This document shows, in pieces, positions 47,827 through 57,954 of a DNA stretch of 64,000 bases (the stretch's first letter is position 1; every line of letters begins with the position of its first letter). The translations under genes were made by a program, and so were the position numbers. The stretch covers positions 187,475 to 251,474 of the IMG/VR virus record IMGVR_UViG_3300036715_003906; one strand, 5' to 3'. Under the pieces are notes generated by a model. That model was not told where the DNA came from and made no database searches. It saw nothing but the letters and a program-made list of their open reading frames with translations.

Positions 47827-48036
47827 ATGACCACCGAGACAACCCCAGCCAGCATCCTCGCCACCCTCACGACGGTGAGGAGCGGCACCCACACTCACTT
47901 CGCGGCCGGGGGATACTTTATTTGCCCGACCCACCAGAAGCACAACAAGACGCCGGTGCCCGCCGGCACGGCCGTCACCTGCACACGGTGCCAGAAGCGG
48001 CACGCCCAGCTCACGGAGCGGGCCAAGGTCGCCTGA
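47827..48036 (+). CDS. Small early zinc-finger-like protein
   Basis: H...C...VTCTRC. Confidence 0.6.
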   Translation: MTTETTPASILATLTTVRSGTHTHFAAGGYFICPTHQKHNKTPVPAGTAVTCTRCQKRHAQLTERAKVA

Positions 48037-48280
48037 CCCCCCCGGCGACGTGAGAAAAGATCGGGACCTACGCGAGCCGCGGGGGCTTCGGTCCCCGGGG
48101 CCAGTTCGTCTCCCGGTACTACGCCCGGACCCTGCGCGATGGCTCCGGGGGCCTGTGCCTGTACGGCTCCGCCGACCCGACGTGGTCCCTGCCCTCGTCG
48201 GCCATGGCCGAGGTGCGGTCCCTTCTGCGCACCCTCTGATCTCCCGCTCCGGGGCCTGTCGGAAATCGACACGGCCCCTT

Positions 48281-48309
48281 TTGATTCCGGGGAGGGCGCC
48301 GCGTAGTAG
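48281..48309 (+). promoter_or_regulatory. Class A promoter
   Basis: TTGATT-N17-TAGTAG, ATG at 48314. Confidence 0.8.
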
Positions 48310-48313
48310 CTTC

Positions 48314-48580
48314 ATGAAGACCTCGAAGCTCCCCACCGCCGCTCAGTTCGTTTTCCTCAAGATCGTGGCCTCCCGCGGAACGGAGCGCCGCTCCCGCCGG
48401 ATGATCGACGGCGTCACCTGGGGGACCCAGGCCGCGGCCGAGAAGGCCGGTTGGGTCACCACCCGCCCGGGCGCCATCGTGACCTGGGAGCAGTGGTACA
48501 TGATCACGGACGCCGGCAAGGCGGCCATCGACGCATACCGCGCCGCCCGCCCCGTCCAGACCCCGGCGGTGACGGCATGA
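48314..48580 (+). CDS. Small early winged-helix-like protein
   Basis: PTAAQ..FL...EKAGWV...YMITDAGKAA. Confidence 0.6.
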   Translation: MKTSKLPTAAQFVFLKIVASRGTERRSRRMIDGVTWGTQAAAEKAGWVTTRPGAIVTWEQWYMITDAGKAAIDAYRAARPVQTPAVTA

Positions 48581-49017
48581 GCCCCGCGGCCCCGGAGCCT
48601 ACGCTCCATGCCCTCGTCACCCGCGTCGAGGTGCTCATGTCCTCAGTCGACCGAAGCCCAGCCCGTATCCGGGAAGAGGGGATGGCCCTCGGCAGGCGGA
48701 TCTTCCGCCATCGCCGCGAGGGGGACATGGGCCCCGTCAGCGTCGAGATGCGCCTCATGGTGAACTTCGCCCGGGAGTGCCTCACTCACATGAATGACAC
48801 CTGGGAGATCCGCGCCCTGCTCGCCTGCCCCCTCGTCATGGACCTCTTCCTGTTCGTCACCCGGGACACCCCCGGGCTCGACGGCCGGGCCGAGCTTCTC
48901 CAGTACCGGGAGGAGACCCTGGCCCAGTTCTTCGCCTACCGGGGCCCCCTGGGCGTCCTGGCAGAGACGGACGCCTGGCGGGACCGCGTGACCCCCTGCC
49001 CGCCCCCGGCGGTGTAG
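48577..49017 (+). CDS. Hypothetical protein
   Basis: ATGA-coupled start. Confidence 0.55.
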   Translation: MSPAAPEPTLHALVTRVEVLMSSVDRSPARIREEGMALGRRIFRHRREGDMGPVSVEMRLMVNFARECLTHMNDTWEIRALLACPLVMDLFLFVTRDTPGLDGRAELLQYREETLAQFFAYRGPLGVLAETDAWRDRVTPCPPPAV

Positions 49018-49080
49018 GAGCGGGGTCATGAAGCCCACCGTCGTCGACCTCCGCCGCTACGAGCCCCTCCTCACCATCGG

Positions 49081-49605
49081 GTGAGGCACGGGGGTGGCGT
49101 GCCCGGCCCGGACAAGGTCTGGCGCCCCACCTGCTTCCTGGTGTCGACCCGGGTCCCGACGGGGCCCAGGGAGTGGTCTCTCACCTTCGACATGCCCTGT
49201 CCTGTGAAGCCCCCCGCCAAGAGCCCCAGGAAGACCCCGCCGAAGCCCGCCCCGGCCCCCCTCAAGCCGAAGGACTCCTTCGGTGTCCAGGCGGGGCGGG
49301 CCATCGAGGAAGCCCTGGCCGGCATGGACTGGGTCTGCGCTCAGTCCCCCGACGAACGCCAGGAGCTGTACGTCGCCCTGGGCACGAAGCGGAAGTCGAT
49401 CACCCTCGACGTCTCCCCAAAGGGCGGGGCACCCCACGCCCCGGCCCCCGTGGCCAAGGTCATCCTCTACCTGAGCGCCAGTTCGATGTTCGCGACGATG
49501 ACCATGAAGGCCGGGGAGCGGAACCCCGTGACGGCGGCGGATGCCCTCGGGTTCTTCCACGACGTCCTCGCCCTGGTCGACCTCCTCGACACGATCGACT
49601 GCTGA
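49081..49605 (+). CDS. Hypothetical protein (start uncertain)
   Basis: ORF track; CGGTGTA motif at 49010. Confidence 0.45.
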   Translation: MRHGGGVPGPDKVWRPTCFLVSTRVPTGPREWSLTFDMPCPVKPPAKSPRKTPPKPAPAPLKPKDSFGVQAGRAIEEALAGMDWVCAQSPDERQELYVALGTKRKSITLDVSPKGGAPHAPAPVAKVILYLSASSMFATMTMKAGERNPVTAADALGFFHDVLALVDLLDTIDC

Positions 49606-49859
49606 GGGTTTTGTCATGGCTGCCCTCCCTCTTGTTCATCGCGAAAAGCGACCCACTCGCTTCCTCGGCCGTCTCTTCCCCGGCCGGCTGGTCCATGCCT
49701 TCACGGTCCGGTGCGAGATGCCAGGCACGGACCGCGTCATGGAAGCCCGCTACTTCGTCTACGAGCGGCGGACCGACGTCGAGGTCCGCACGAACGACCC
49801 CTCTCCACCCCCGCGACCATCCGCGGCTTCCTCGTCGTCAACGAAATGCGCTTCTGACC

Positions 49860-50159
49860 ATGAAAACCTACGTCGAGACCTTCCTGCACTTCGTCGCCCT
49901 CTACGCCCCTCTCTTCCTCGACCACAAGGCCGCCATGGCCGAGTACCCCAGCTACGGCCAGTCACGCGAACGGAGCCTCGTGTCCCGCCGCCCCCCGGTG
50001 CCGAAGACGGGCCTGTCGGCTGTCATGGCCGCCCGGGACTACCTCGACCGCTGCGGTGGGGAGGCCCTGGCCATGGACCCGGAGCCCGCGGCCCGGCTCT
50101 ACCTGGCTTCGTACTTCGACGTCACCTTGCCGGCTCCGGAGCCCGCCGCGGAAATGTGA
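49860..50159 (+). CDS. Hypothetical protein
   Basis: MKTYVETFLH start. Confidence 0.5.
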   Translation: MKTYVETFLHFVALYAPLFLDHKAAMAEYPSYGQSRERSLVSRRPPVPKTGLSAVMAARDYLDRCGGEALAMDPEPAARLYLASYFDVTLPAPEPAAEM

Positions 50160-50169
50160 GGTCCTGCTT

Positions 50170-50198
50170 TTGATTCCCGAGGGGGGTCTGCGTAGTAG
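50170..50198 (+). promoter_or_regulatory. Class A promoter
   Basis: TTGATT-N17-TAGTAG, ATG at 50203. Confidence 0.8.
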
Positions 50199-50202
50199 TC
50201 CC

Positions 50203-50517
50203 ATGACCACCTCGACCAAGACCCCCGCCCTCAAGACCCTCCGCCCCGCCCGTGACTTCGTGAACACCCTCGCGGGGTTCGCGGAGTTCAAGTTCACCGG
50301 CTCGCTCGCCAATAACCGCCTCGAAAAGAAGATCTCGGCCTTCTTCGCCGAGATGGAGCGCCGCGCCCCCGGGTCCTTCACGAAGGCCCCCCAGGCCCTC
50401 TGGGTCTACTGCGCCTACGAGGACAAGGACTGCTACACGGTCCGGGTGGTCCTGCGGTCAAGCCGGGCGTTCTCGGAGGCGTACACCGCCTTCGACCGCG
50501 AGACCCGCGGCTTCTGA
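50203..50517 (+). CDS. Small early protein
   Basis: Leaderless ATG after the promoter. Confidence 0.65.
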   Translation: MTTSTKTPALKTLRPARDFVNTLAGFAEFKFTGSLANNRLEKKISAFFAEMERRAPGSFTKAPQALWVYCAYEDKDCYTVRVVLRSSRAFSEAYTAFDRETRGF

Positions 50518-50521
50518 GGGC

Positions 50522-50962
50522 TCAACCCAGCCGGGCCTCAAGCCCGGCTGCGATCAGTTTCAACTCGTCGGGGGTGGCGTTGTGCTTGATCCCGTTGGCC
50601 CGATGGCTGATGACCCAGACGTTGCCCTTGACGTAGCCCAGCTCGGGCCGAAGGCGGTCCAGCGAGGGACTCTCCGGGGTCGGCCCCTTCTTCCCCTTAC
50701 AGAGCCCCGAGACGAGCGGGATGCCCAGAAGGGGACATACCTCCGGGATCACGATGTCGGCCAGCTCGATGTCGAAGGGCAGCCCCTGCTTCTTGGCCCG
50801 TTCGCGAGCGGAGGCGAGCATCCGAAGCTCGGGCGTGACCTTCGTCCGCAGGTACTCCAGGGATCGCTGCCGCGCCGCGGCGACCCACTCGGGGTCGGCC
50901 CGCTTGCGCTGGTAGTAGTCTCGTGTGTACTCTATTTGCCGGGCTTTGTCCTTGAAGGCCAT
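50522..50962 (-). CDS. Phage homing-type endonuclease
   Basis: CPLLG...SPSLDRLRPELGYVKGNVWVISHRANGIK. Confidence 0.85.
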   Translation of the reverse strand: MAFKDKARQIEYTRDYYQRKRADPEWVAAARQRSLEYLRTKVTPELRMLASARERAKKQGLPFDIELADIVIPEVCPLLGIPLVSGLCKGKKGPTPESPSLDRLRPELGYVKGNVWVISHRANGIKHNATPDELKLIAAGLEARLG

Positions 50963-50993
50963 GCCCGACGAGTATCACACAAGACCAATATAA

Positions 50994-51596
50994 TCAATCC
51001 ATGGCACAGTAATCGTGATGGTCGATCCCCTCGCGGCCGAGGGCCTGGAGGATGTCGTTGTAGGTCATGGACTGGATGGCCCGGGCGTTGTCCTTGACCC
51101 AGCGGTAGAACTGCCCGACCGACTTCTTGCCCCGGGCGATGCAGGTCGGGGCGTTGTTCTCGTCGTTGATGTCCTCGATGCTGTACTGGTCGTAGCCGGC
51201 GATCACGGTGACGTGGGCGCCGCGGACGATCAGCTCCTTGAAGGCACCCGGCTTGACGTCGACCCCCCGGAGCCAGCTCTCCCGGCCCTGCCAGCCGGTT
51301 TCGAGGGCCTCCTTGAACGCCTGCTGCATCCGGCCGAAGTCGGCGCCCCGCTTGCCGAGCATCATGAACTCGTCGGAGGTGCTCTCGATCGTCGTGCCGC
51401 CCGACAGGTAGAAGGTCATGCACTTCTTCCCCCGCTTGCCGGCGTTTTCGAGCTGCGTGATCTCGATGGCGTCCGCGTACCGGTGGACCCTCCACTTCTC
51501 GTTCTCGAAGGTCTCGCCGCGGCCCATGGCCACGATGTTGTGCCCAGCTTGCCGATCCAGCGTTCGCTCGATCAGACGGTCCCGAAGCTCGCTCAT
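50994..51596 (-). CDS. Hypothetical protein
   Basis: Coupled start; strongly GC3-biased. Confidence 0.65.
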   Translation of the reverse strand: MSELRDRLIERTLDRQAGHNIVAMGRGETFENEKWRVHRYADAIEITQLENAGKRGKKCMTFYLSGGTTIESTSDEFMMLGKRGADFGRMQQAFKEALETGWQGRESWLRGVDVKPGAFKELIVRGAHVTVIAGYDQYSIEDINDENNAPTCIARGKKSVGQFYRWVKDNARAIQSMTYNDILQALGREGIDHHDYCAMD

Positions 51597-52393
51597 CACA
51601 CGCCTTTCTGCCCGGCCATGGTGTAGCCGAGCGGAGGGACCCAGAGGTCCCAGGTTTCTTTCCACGTCAGGTAGTCGGGCGAGAACCAGGCAAAGCCCCT
51701 CTCACCCCAGCTTGTGCCCCACGAGTTCTTGACCAGGAAACGGTCCCCGACGCAGCCCACGATCATCATCGCGTGCCCGCCGTCCATCGGCCCCACGGGC
51801 CGCGGCAAGGTCCCGCCCCGGTAGCTATCGAAGGACGTCGCGAGCATCGTCCCGAAGACCACCGGCTGCTTCCGCCGTAGCGCCGCCCGGATGTCATCGA
51901 GGCGGGCGTCCCCCTCGCTGTCGATCCGGTAGGCCCCGTGAATCCGCCGCCCCCGGGCCTTGCGCTGGGCGAGGAGCGAGGGAGAGACGAAGACCTGGGC
52001 CTCGTCGTAGGGCCAGTCGGTCTCCTCGCAGATCCCGAAGCGGCTGATCGCGTCGAAGCACGAACGGAGGTAGGTCCCGCCGTCCGTCCCGAGGCTCCCG
52101 TCGAGGGTCCGGGCCATCCCGTAGACGAAGAGCCGGCTGAGCTGCGGCACGGGCCGGGGCTCCCGCCCCTCCTGGGCCGCCTGGGCCTCCTCGGCGATGG
52201 CCGTCACGACCTCGATCGAGTCCGCGGTGGCGTTGCCGGCGCAGGCCCCGAGGTGGAGCTGGTCCGAGGGGGTGCAGTAGGCCCGGAGATCTACGTCCCC
52301 CGTCAGCAGGGCCGGCGTGGCCGCCTTGAGGGCCCCGAACCGCCGATCGGCGTCCCAACCCCCCGGGTCGCGCTGGTAGTAGACCTTGTCCAT
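51596..52393 (-). CDS. Papain-like C1 cysteine protease
   Basis: DQLHLGAC, LSRLFVY, GGHAM and VKNSWG.SWGE.G. Confidence 0.9.
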   Translation of the reverse strand: MDKVYYQRDPGGWDADRRFGALKAATPALLTGDVDLRAYCTPSDQLHLGACAGNATADSIEVVTAIAEEAQAAQEGREPRPVPQLSRLFVYGMARTLDGSLGTDGGTYLRSCFDAISRFGICEETDWPYDEAQVFVSPSLLAQRKARGRRIHGAYRIDSEGDARLDDIRAALRRKQPVVFGTMLATSFDSYRGGTLPRPVGPMDGGHAMMIVGCVGDRFLVKNSWGTSWGERGFAWFSPDYLTWKETWDLWVPPLGYTMAGQKGV

Positions 52394-52444
52394 CGCTCCC
52401 CCAGCCCGACAGGAACTTTATCACTTATGGCCCGCGGGGAAGCG

Positions 52445-52759
52445 ATGCGACTCCTCCTTGTCCTCGCGGTCCTCTGCCTGGGATGCGTCCCGTCCAGGGA
52501 GGCCCCCTCCCCGAACCCCCCGGTCCCGCCCGACACGGAGATGTGTCCAGCGATGTGCGTCCACCTCCGGGAGATGCACTGCGAGGAGGGCCAGCCCTTC
52601 TACGACAGCGACCAGCCCGGGCCCCTCGACGTCCCGAACACGACGTGCGAGGTCTTCTGCCAGACCCAGCAGAAGAATGGCGTCTTCGTCAACCCCCGGT
52701 GCGTGATCCTGGCCCCGGCCTGCGGGGAGATCGAAGCCTGGCGCAAGAAGGTGTGCTGA
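52445..52759 (+). CDS. Cys-rich lipoprotein
   Basis: MRLLLVLAVLCLG-C lipobox and multiple paired cysteines. Confidence 0.7.
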   Translation: MRLLLVLAVLCLGCVPSREAPSPNPPVPPDTEMCPAMCVHLREMHCEEGQPFYDSDQPGPLDVPNTTCEVFCQTQQKNGVFVNPRCVILAPACGEIEAWRKKVC

Positions 52760-52760
52760 G

Positions 52761-54470
52761 ATGGCCGTCCGTCCCCTCTGCCAGGTCAAGGACGGCGGCG
52801 GCTCCTTCGTCGCCACCACGGACGGGGTGAGCGTCACCGCGGGCCAGACCCTCACAATCCGCCTCGCCGACGTGACCGACGTGGTCGCCTGGTTCCTGGT
52901 CCTGACCGGGACCGACGAGACCACGTTCCCCCCGGCCCTTGCCAGCGTCAACCCGTCCACGAACCAGGTCTCCTCCCCCGGCGCCCAGGTCACCTTCACC
53001 TTGCCGGGTGGGGCCGGCCGCGCCCTGATCTTCGAGTCCACCGTGACGGGCCCCGGAGGCCCCCAGGTGACGACCTTCGCGCTCTACGTACCCACGACCC
53101 ACGGCTACCGGGTCGGGGCCACGGGGGAGCAACGGGAGGGCAGCACGTCCTATGGGTGGGTCACGAAGCTGAACCCTCTGATCCGCCAGGGGGCCCCCGT
53201 CGTCCGCTACGACGACACCATGGCCTCCCCCACCCTCGGGGCCTCCACGGTACAGGGTGCCCTCGACGCCCTCAAGGCCCTCACCGGCGGCTTCACGGCC
53301 GGGGGCGACCTCTCGGGCTCCTCGTCGAGCCAGACCGTCATCGGTCTCCGCGGCGTACCGCTCGACTCGACGCCTCCCACCGACGGCCAGGTCATCACGT
53401 ACAGCAGCAGCCTGGGGCGATGGGTCTACGGGGCCGTCCCCTCGGGCAGCTTCACGGCGGGTGGGGATCTCTCCGGGTCAACCACCAGCCAGACGGTCAA
53501 CAAGATCAAGAACCTGGCGATCATCGGGTTCCCCTCGAACGGGCAGGTCCTCACCTACTCGAACACGGGACCGAACCTCTACTGGTCAACCGTGTCGGGC
53601 GGAGGCGGGGGGGTCTTCCCCGCGATCTTCGGTACGGGGGCGGACGGTTCCGCGACCGTGTCCGGGACCGTCACCTACACCCGCGACATGCACTTCACGG
53701 ACCTGACCGTCCATGTCGGTGGCAAGATCGTCGTGGCCGGGTTCCGTATCTACGTCCAGAACACGCTCACGATCGATGCGGGGGGCATCCTCACGGCGGA
53801 CGGCGCCGACGGCGTTGGCCGGACCGGCGGCGGCACCGCGGGCGGCGGTGGCGACTCGACCATGATTCTGGGCGGAGGGGCCGAGGGGGGCGCGGGTGGC
53901 ACCGCGGGTCAAGGGGATCAGGGCCAGACCTTCCGCTCTGCCAAATGGGGCGGTGATGGCGGAGCAGGGGGTCAAGGCTACCGCGACCTATGGCCGGGGG
54001 GGGCGCCCTCCCCTGACGTGGGGCTGCCTGTGGGGAACCCTCCCGATCTGGAGGGACTTCTCGGGGGCTTCTGGCGTACCCGTACAGGCGCCGGTCTCCA
54101 GTTTTACCCCTGGGACGGGGGCGGTGCAGGGGGTGGTGGGGGTGGGGGTGCAGCCGGGGACGGAGGCAAGGGTGGCGGGGGTGGGGGTGTGATCGCCCTC
54201 ATCGCCAAGAACCTCGTCAACAACGGGGTCATCTCGGCCAACGGCGGCAACGGCGCGGACGCGGACCCCGCCTGGGCAGGTGGCGGCGGGGGCGGCGGGG
54301 GCGGGGGCGTCGTCACCCTCTTCGTCAAGACCTACACGGGCCTCATCGCCCGGGCCTTTGGCGGAGCGGGCGGGCTCAAAGGAAACGGGAGCCCCGAGGG
54401 AGGCTCCTCGGGCAACGTGAACGGGAGCCCCGGGAGCGACGGGAAGGTCTACGTCTTCGAGGCGAGCTGA
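52761..54470 (+). CDS. Gly-rich tail-fibre-like virion protein
   Basis: Two FTAGGDLSGS..SQTV...P..GQV.TY repeats and a GGGGG-rich C-terminal domain. Confidence 0.75.
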   Translation: MAVRPLCQVKDGGGSFVATTDGVSVTAGQTLTIRLADVTDVVAWFLVLTGTDETTFPPALASVNPSTNQVSSPGAQVTFTLPGGAGRALIFESTVTGPGGPQVTTFALYVPTTHGYRVGATGEQREGSTSYGWVTKLNPLIRQGAPVVRYDDTMASPTLGASTVQGALDALKALTGGFTAGGDLSGSSSSQTVIGLRGVPLDSTPPTDGQVITYSSSLGRWVYGAVPSGSFTAGGDLSGSTTSQTVNKIKNLAIIGFPSNGQVLTYSNTGPNLYWSTVSGGGGGVFPAIFGTGADGSATVSGTVTYTRDMHFTDLTVHVGGKIVVAGFRIYVQNTLTIDAGGILTADGADGVGRTGGGTAGGGGDSTMILGGGAEGGAGGTAGQGDQGQTFRSAKWGGDGGAGGQGYRDLWPGGAPSPDVGLPVGNPPDLEGLLGGFWRTRTGAGLQFYPWDGGGAGGGGGGGAAGDGGKGGGGGGVIALIAKNLVNNGVISANGGNGADADPAWAGGGGGGGGGGVVTLFVKTYTGLIARAFGGAGGLKGNGSPEGGSSGNVNGSPGSDGKVYVFEAS

Positions 54471-54489
54471 AGGTACGGACGTCGCGCCC

Positions 54490-54950
54490 TCACCTCGCCC
54501 CGAGCTTGTGGAGGCACGCCACGAAGCCCGGGTTCCCGATCGACCGCCGCTGCCTCCGCCGCTGGACCCTCCGTACCGCGTCTGCCCCCGAGCACCCGGT
54601 ACGGAGGTGGAGGGCCAGGGCCGACACCAGGCCCGAGCGGTTCCGGCCTTGCCCACAGGTCACGAGGACCCGATGCCCTCCCCCCCCCCCCGTTTCTGCT
54701 ACCCGCCTGGCGGCGCCGAGCGCCAGGGCCAGCTCCTCCCGGGTAGGGAGGCGCTCGTAGCTGTCGTCGTTGGGGGCGTGGATGACCTGTAGCCCGGGGA
54801 ACCTCTCGGCCGGCGGCGGGTACTCGGCCGCGCAAAGGACAAGCACCCGGAAGCCCACGGCATGAAGCCCGGGGCCGGGGTCGGGCCGGCCCAGCCTCCC
54901 TGGTGGAGCGTGTGGTAGAGCAGCGTCGCGTCGATGGCTGCCAGGGTAAA
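54490..54950 (-). CDS. Dual-specificity/tyrosine phosphatase-like protein (frameshift near 54860)
   Basis: VLVTCGQGRNRSG (CX5R motif). Confidence 0.7.
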
Positions 54951-55138
54951 GCGCCCTGGGGGACGGCCCCTCTCGGGTTCGTCCTACGGACCGGCCGCAG
55001 GGCCATGGTCTTCGGGGGCGTTCGGTCGGGGGCGGAGACCGCTCGGTAGAGCGTGTCGCTGAGGTCCGCCAGCTCCCGAGACGTCTGCTCCAGGGCTGCG
55101 TGGGCGGCTTGCTCTTCAGGGGTCATTGCTTCCTTGCC

Positions 55139-55690
55139 TCACTTGCGGGGGTCTTTGGAGTCGATGTACCCCAGCGCGGCCATGACGCCCCGCAAAAGGC
55201 TGTTCGACTCGGCCATTTGACGCTGGAGCTTGTTCAGCTCGTCCGCTCGGGCACGGGAGTCCCGCTCGTACTCCTCGCGGGAGACGAGGTCCGAGTTGTC
55301 CTGGATGGCCGCCTCGATCTTGGCCTGGCGATTACGGACCGCCCCCAGGGACTCATTCATGCGTTCTTCAATGGCCAGTAGTTCCCCGAGGCCCGTCACC
55401 GACGTCGGCCGGCCACGGGCAATACGGAGCATCCAGGGCGGCGGGTCCTCGGCCCAGCCATCGAGCATGGTCCGTGTTGCCCGGACCTGCTCTCGGATCT
55501 GGTAGACCGTCAAGAAGAGGCCCGTCCGCGGCGCACCGGTCCGCATGTCCTCGTCCTCCCCGACCTTGTCCTCCAGCGCCTTGATCTTGCCCTTGATATC
55601 CCGCCAGCCGCCGAGCATGGTGGTGGCCGCGGCCCCACTCCCCGTCAGGAGGGCGGTGACGATGTTCTCCGTCAACGACTTCGCGTCCAT
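55139..55690 (-). CDS. Membrane-anchored coiled-coil protein
   Basis: GGAGG upstream; N-terminal hydrophobic stretch. Confidence 0.6.
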   Translation of the reverse strand: MDAKSLTENIVTALLTGSGAAATTMLGGWRDIKGKIKALEDKVGEDEDMRTGAPRTGLFLTVYQIREQVRATRTMLDGWAEDPPPWMLRIARGRPTSVTGLGELLAIEERMNESLGAVRNRQAKIEAAIQDNSDLVSREEYERDSRARADELNKLQRQMAESNSLLRGVMAALGYIDSKDPRK

Positions 55691-55887
55691 GTTCTCCGTG
55701 GCCTCCCCCTTGACGTCCATGCAGAAGGAAAAACGGAGCCGCCACACGGACACACTCCTCCGTGGCAAAGAGCCCCCGCACCGGGTAAATAAGGCCCCGG
55801 AAACGCCGAAGGCCCCCGAGGCTTGGGGAGCCAGGGGGGCCTTCGGGAAGGGGTGGGGCCAGCGGGAAGGGGTGGGGCCAGCGGGAC

Positions 55888-56097
55888 TAGTTGATCATGT
55901 AGACCTTGCGCGCCTTCCTCCCCGAGGGACGACAAGAGGTGCAACGTCCGGGTGGCCCCTCGAAAGGGGCCGGGCCGCGGAGTCAGACTTTCTCGTCTTT
56001 GGGGCGATAGAATCGCAGGGGTTGGATGATCGTGTAGACCTAGCGGGCATCCACCGGGGACGCATTCCCGGGCAGCAAGGTGATTGCTGAGTCAGCT
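55888..56097. ncRNA. Two tandem structured RNA candidates with shared ends, 3' of the Ro60 gene
   Basis: TGATCRTGTAGACCT.GCG ... GAGTCAG twice (55892-55986, 56027-56095), each with internal hairpins. Confidence 0.45.
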
Positions 56098-56129
56098 CTC
56101 CCCGACGTACCAGAGGCCGCCGGTCTGAC

Positions 56130-57866
56130 TCAGAGCAGGTCGCCGACCGCGTTTTCGATCATGGCGGTCCAGGACGTCTCCATCCCGGCCTGGAAGGTCG
56201 CCGCCACCTCGAAGACCGTGTCGCTGAACCCCCCCATGTTCAGGATGTCGTCCCGGCTCGGGGCCTGGGTCGTCGTGTTCGGCGACAAGTCCATGCAGAT
56301 GAGCTTGGCCTTGGGGTTGCGCACCTTGACCTTGTCCCACTCGCTCATGGTCGTCGTCTTGCCCCCCGACCGGCTCGCGAAGTAGCTGGCATAGGCCGCG
56401 GCCCGCGCCGAGTCCACCCACGACTCGTTGTCCGAGACGTACCAGACGAGATCCGGCGTGAAGCCCATGCTGTTGATCGTCGCCATCGGGGCCGAGCAGT
56501 TCGTCCCCCCGCCCGGGACCTCCTTGAGCTTCTGGGCGTTCGTCATGATCGAGTCCCGCGGGTTGAACGTGTACCCGACCCGGCTGACCTCGGCGAAGGG
56601 CAGGACCATCGCCTCCGGGTTCTTCCGCAGGATGGACGCCGCCACGAGGGCCGCCACGTCCAGGCACGAAACCTTGGTCGTGTGCGTCTCGACCTTGCCC
56701 GTCTTCGGGTTCACCCGCGTCCCCGTCACCGGCGACGACATGGAGCCCGACACGTCCGGGAAGACCGCGACCTTCCCGTTGATCACCGGGATGTTGTCCG
56801 TCGAGATCTCGACCGCGTCCTGGAGGGCGTTACGGATCGCCTGGGGCACGTCCGTCGCGTTCAGGTACGTGACCAGGAGCTGGTACGGCATGACCCGCGC
56901 CTTCTTGATCAGCTCCTTGTCCCCGAGCTTGTCCGCGATCTTCCGCACCGCCGCGTCGCTCTTGAAGACGCCCTTCTTCTGAAACACGTTCAAGTGCTGC
57001 CGGATCTGCTGCCAGGAGGACCCGTTGGTCGCCAGCTCGATCCACTGGTCCGGCGTGAGCGCCAGGCCCTCCAGCATCTCGAAGGGGGCCTTCGGGAGCG
57101 GCTTGCCCTCCGGGCTTGCCCGGAACGCCTCGTACTGCTGCACGACTTCGGGGCACACGTCGAGAACCGAGATCTCGCGGCCCCCGAACTTCGCCTTCTC
57201 CTTGCCGAGCAGGTAGCCGTAGAGCGCCGCCGCCTGGGCCGTCTGCGGCGACGGGTGCGCCAGCGACAGGATATCCCCGAGCGACGGGTCATTGCCCACG
57301 GACGCGAAGAACAGCCCCTCCGCCGTCCGGGACGCCATCCACGACGCCACCAGCCGCCTCGGGGCCGACCCGAGCGACGTTCGACCCGCCTGCCCGGACC
57401 GGACCACCTGCACGAAGTTCCGCACCATCTTCCCGTTGTCGCAGACCTGGGGGAAGGCCGCCGTCAGTAGCCGCGACAGCTTCGTGACCTCGGCGTTGTG
57501 CGCCCGGGCCTCGGCCTTCTTGCCCGCCTTGTGCGCCGCCTCCTCGGCCTTCGCCTCCCGCGCCAGCTCCCCGGCCAGGTGCCCGAGCAAGTAGGCCGGC
57601 ATGTCCTTCATGAACCCCCGCGTGCGGCTGTAAACTGCCACCTGGGCCACGAACTCCGGCGGGACCTCGTTCACCAGCTTCTTCACCTGGTCGAGCTGCG
57701 CCTGCGCGCTCGCGTAGTAGGTGTGGTTGAAGCAGCCCGTGGCAGCGATCTGCGCCAGGGCCTCCTTCGAGGAGAGCGCGTATGCCTTTCCCCCCGCCTG
57801 GTTCGTCACCCGTCCCGTGCTCACGCCCGCGCCCTTGTTCGCCCCGAACAACGTCTTCGATGCCAT
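56130..57866 (-). CDS. rsr: Ro60/TROVE-domain RNA-binding protein
   Basis: NQAGG.AY, LAQ..TGC...YY, MKDMP, MVRNFVQ..RSG, L.LAHP, ARVMPYQLL, vWA MIDAS DVSGSM, GGTNCS.P, SDNESW and GGFSD.VF. Confidence 0.93.
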   Translation of the reverse strand: MASKTLFGANKGAGVSTGRVTNQAGGKAYALSSKEALAQIAATGCFNHTYYASAQAQLDQVKKLVNEVPPEFVAQVAVYSRTRGFMKDMPAYLLGHLAGELAREAKAEEAAHKAGKKAEARAHNAEVTKLSRLLTAAFPQVCDNGKMVRNFVQVVRSGQAGRTSLGSAPRRLVASWMASRTAEGLFFASVGNDPSLGDILSLAHPSPQTAQAAALYGYLLGKEKAKFGGREISVLDVCPEVVQQYEAFRASPEGKPLPKAPFEMLEGLALTPDQWIELATNGSSWQQIRQHLNVFQKKGVFKSDAAVRKIADKLGDKELIKKARVMPYQLLVTYLNATDVPQAIRNALQDAVEISTDNIPVINGKVAVFPDVSGSMSSPVTGTRVNPKTGKVETHTTKVSCLDVAALVAASILRKNPEAMVLPFAEVSRVGYTFNPRDSIMTNAQKLKEVPGGGTNCSAPMATINSMGFTPDLVWYVSDNESWVDSARAAAYASYFASRSGGKTTTMSEWDKVKVRNPKAKLICMDLSPNTTTQAPSRDDILNMGGFSDTVFEVAATFQAGMETSWTAMIENAVGDLL

Positions 57867-57954
57867 CGGGATGCACCCCTTTTCATGCAGCCCCTCGGGG
57901 CCGCTAACTCCACCGCAAATCCACGGTGGAGGTCCCCCTGACTGTACACCGGGC

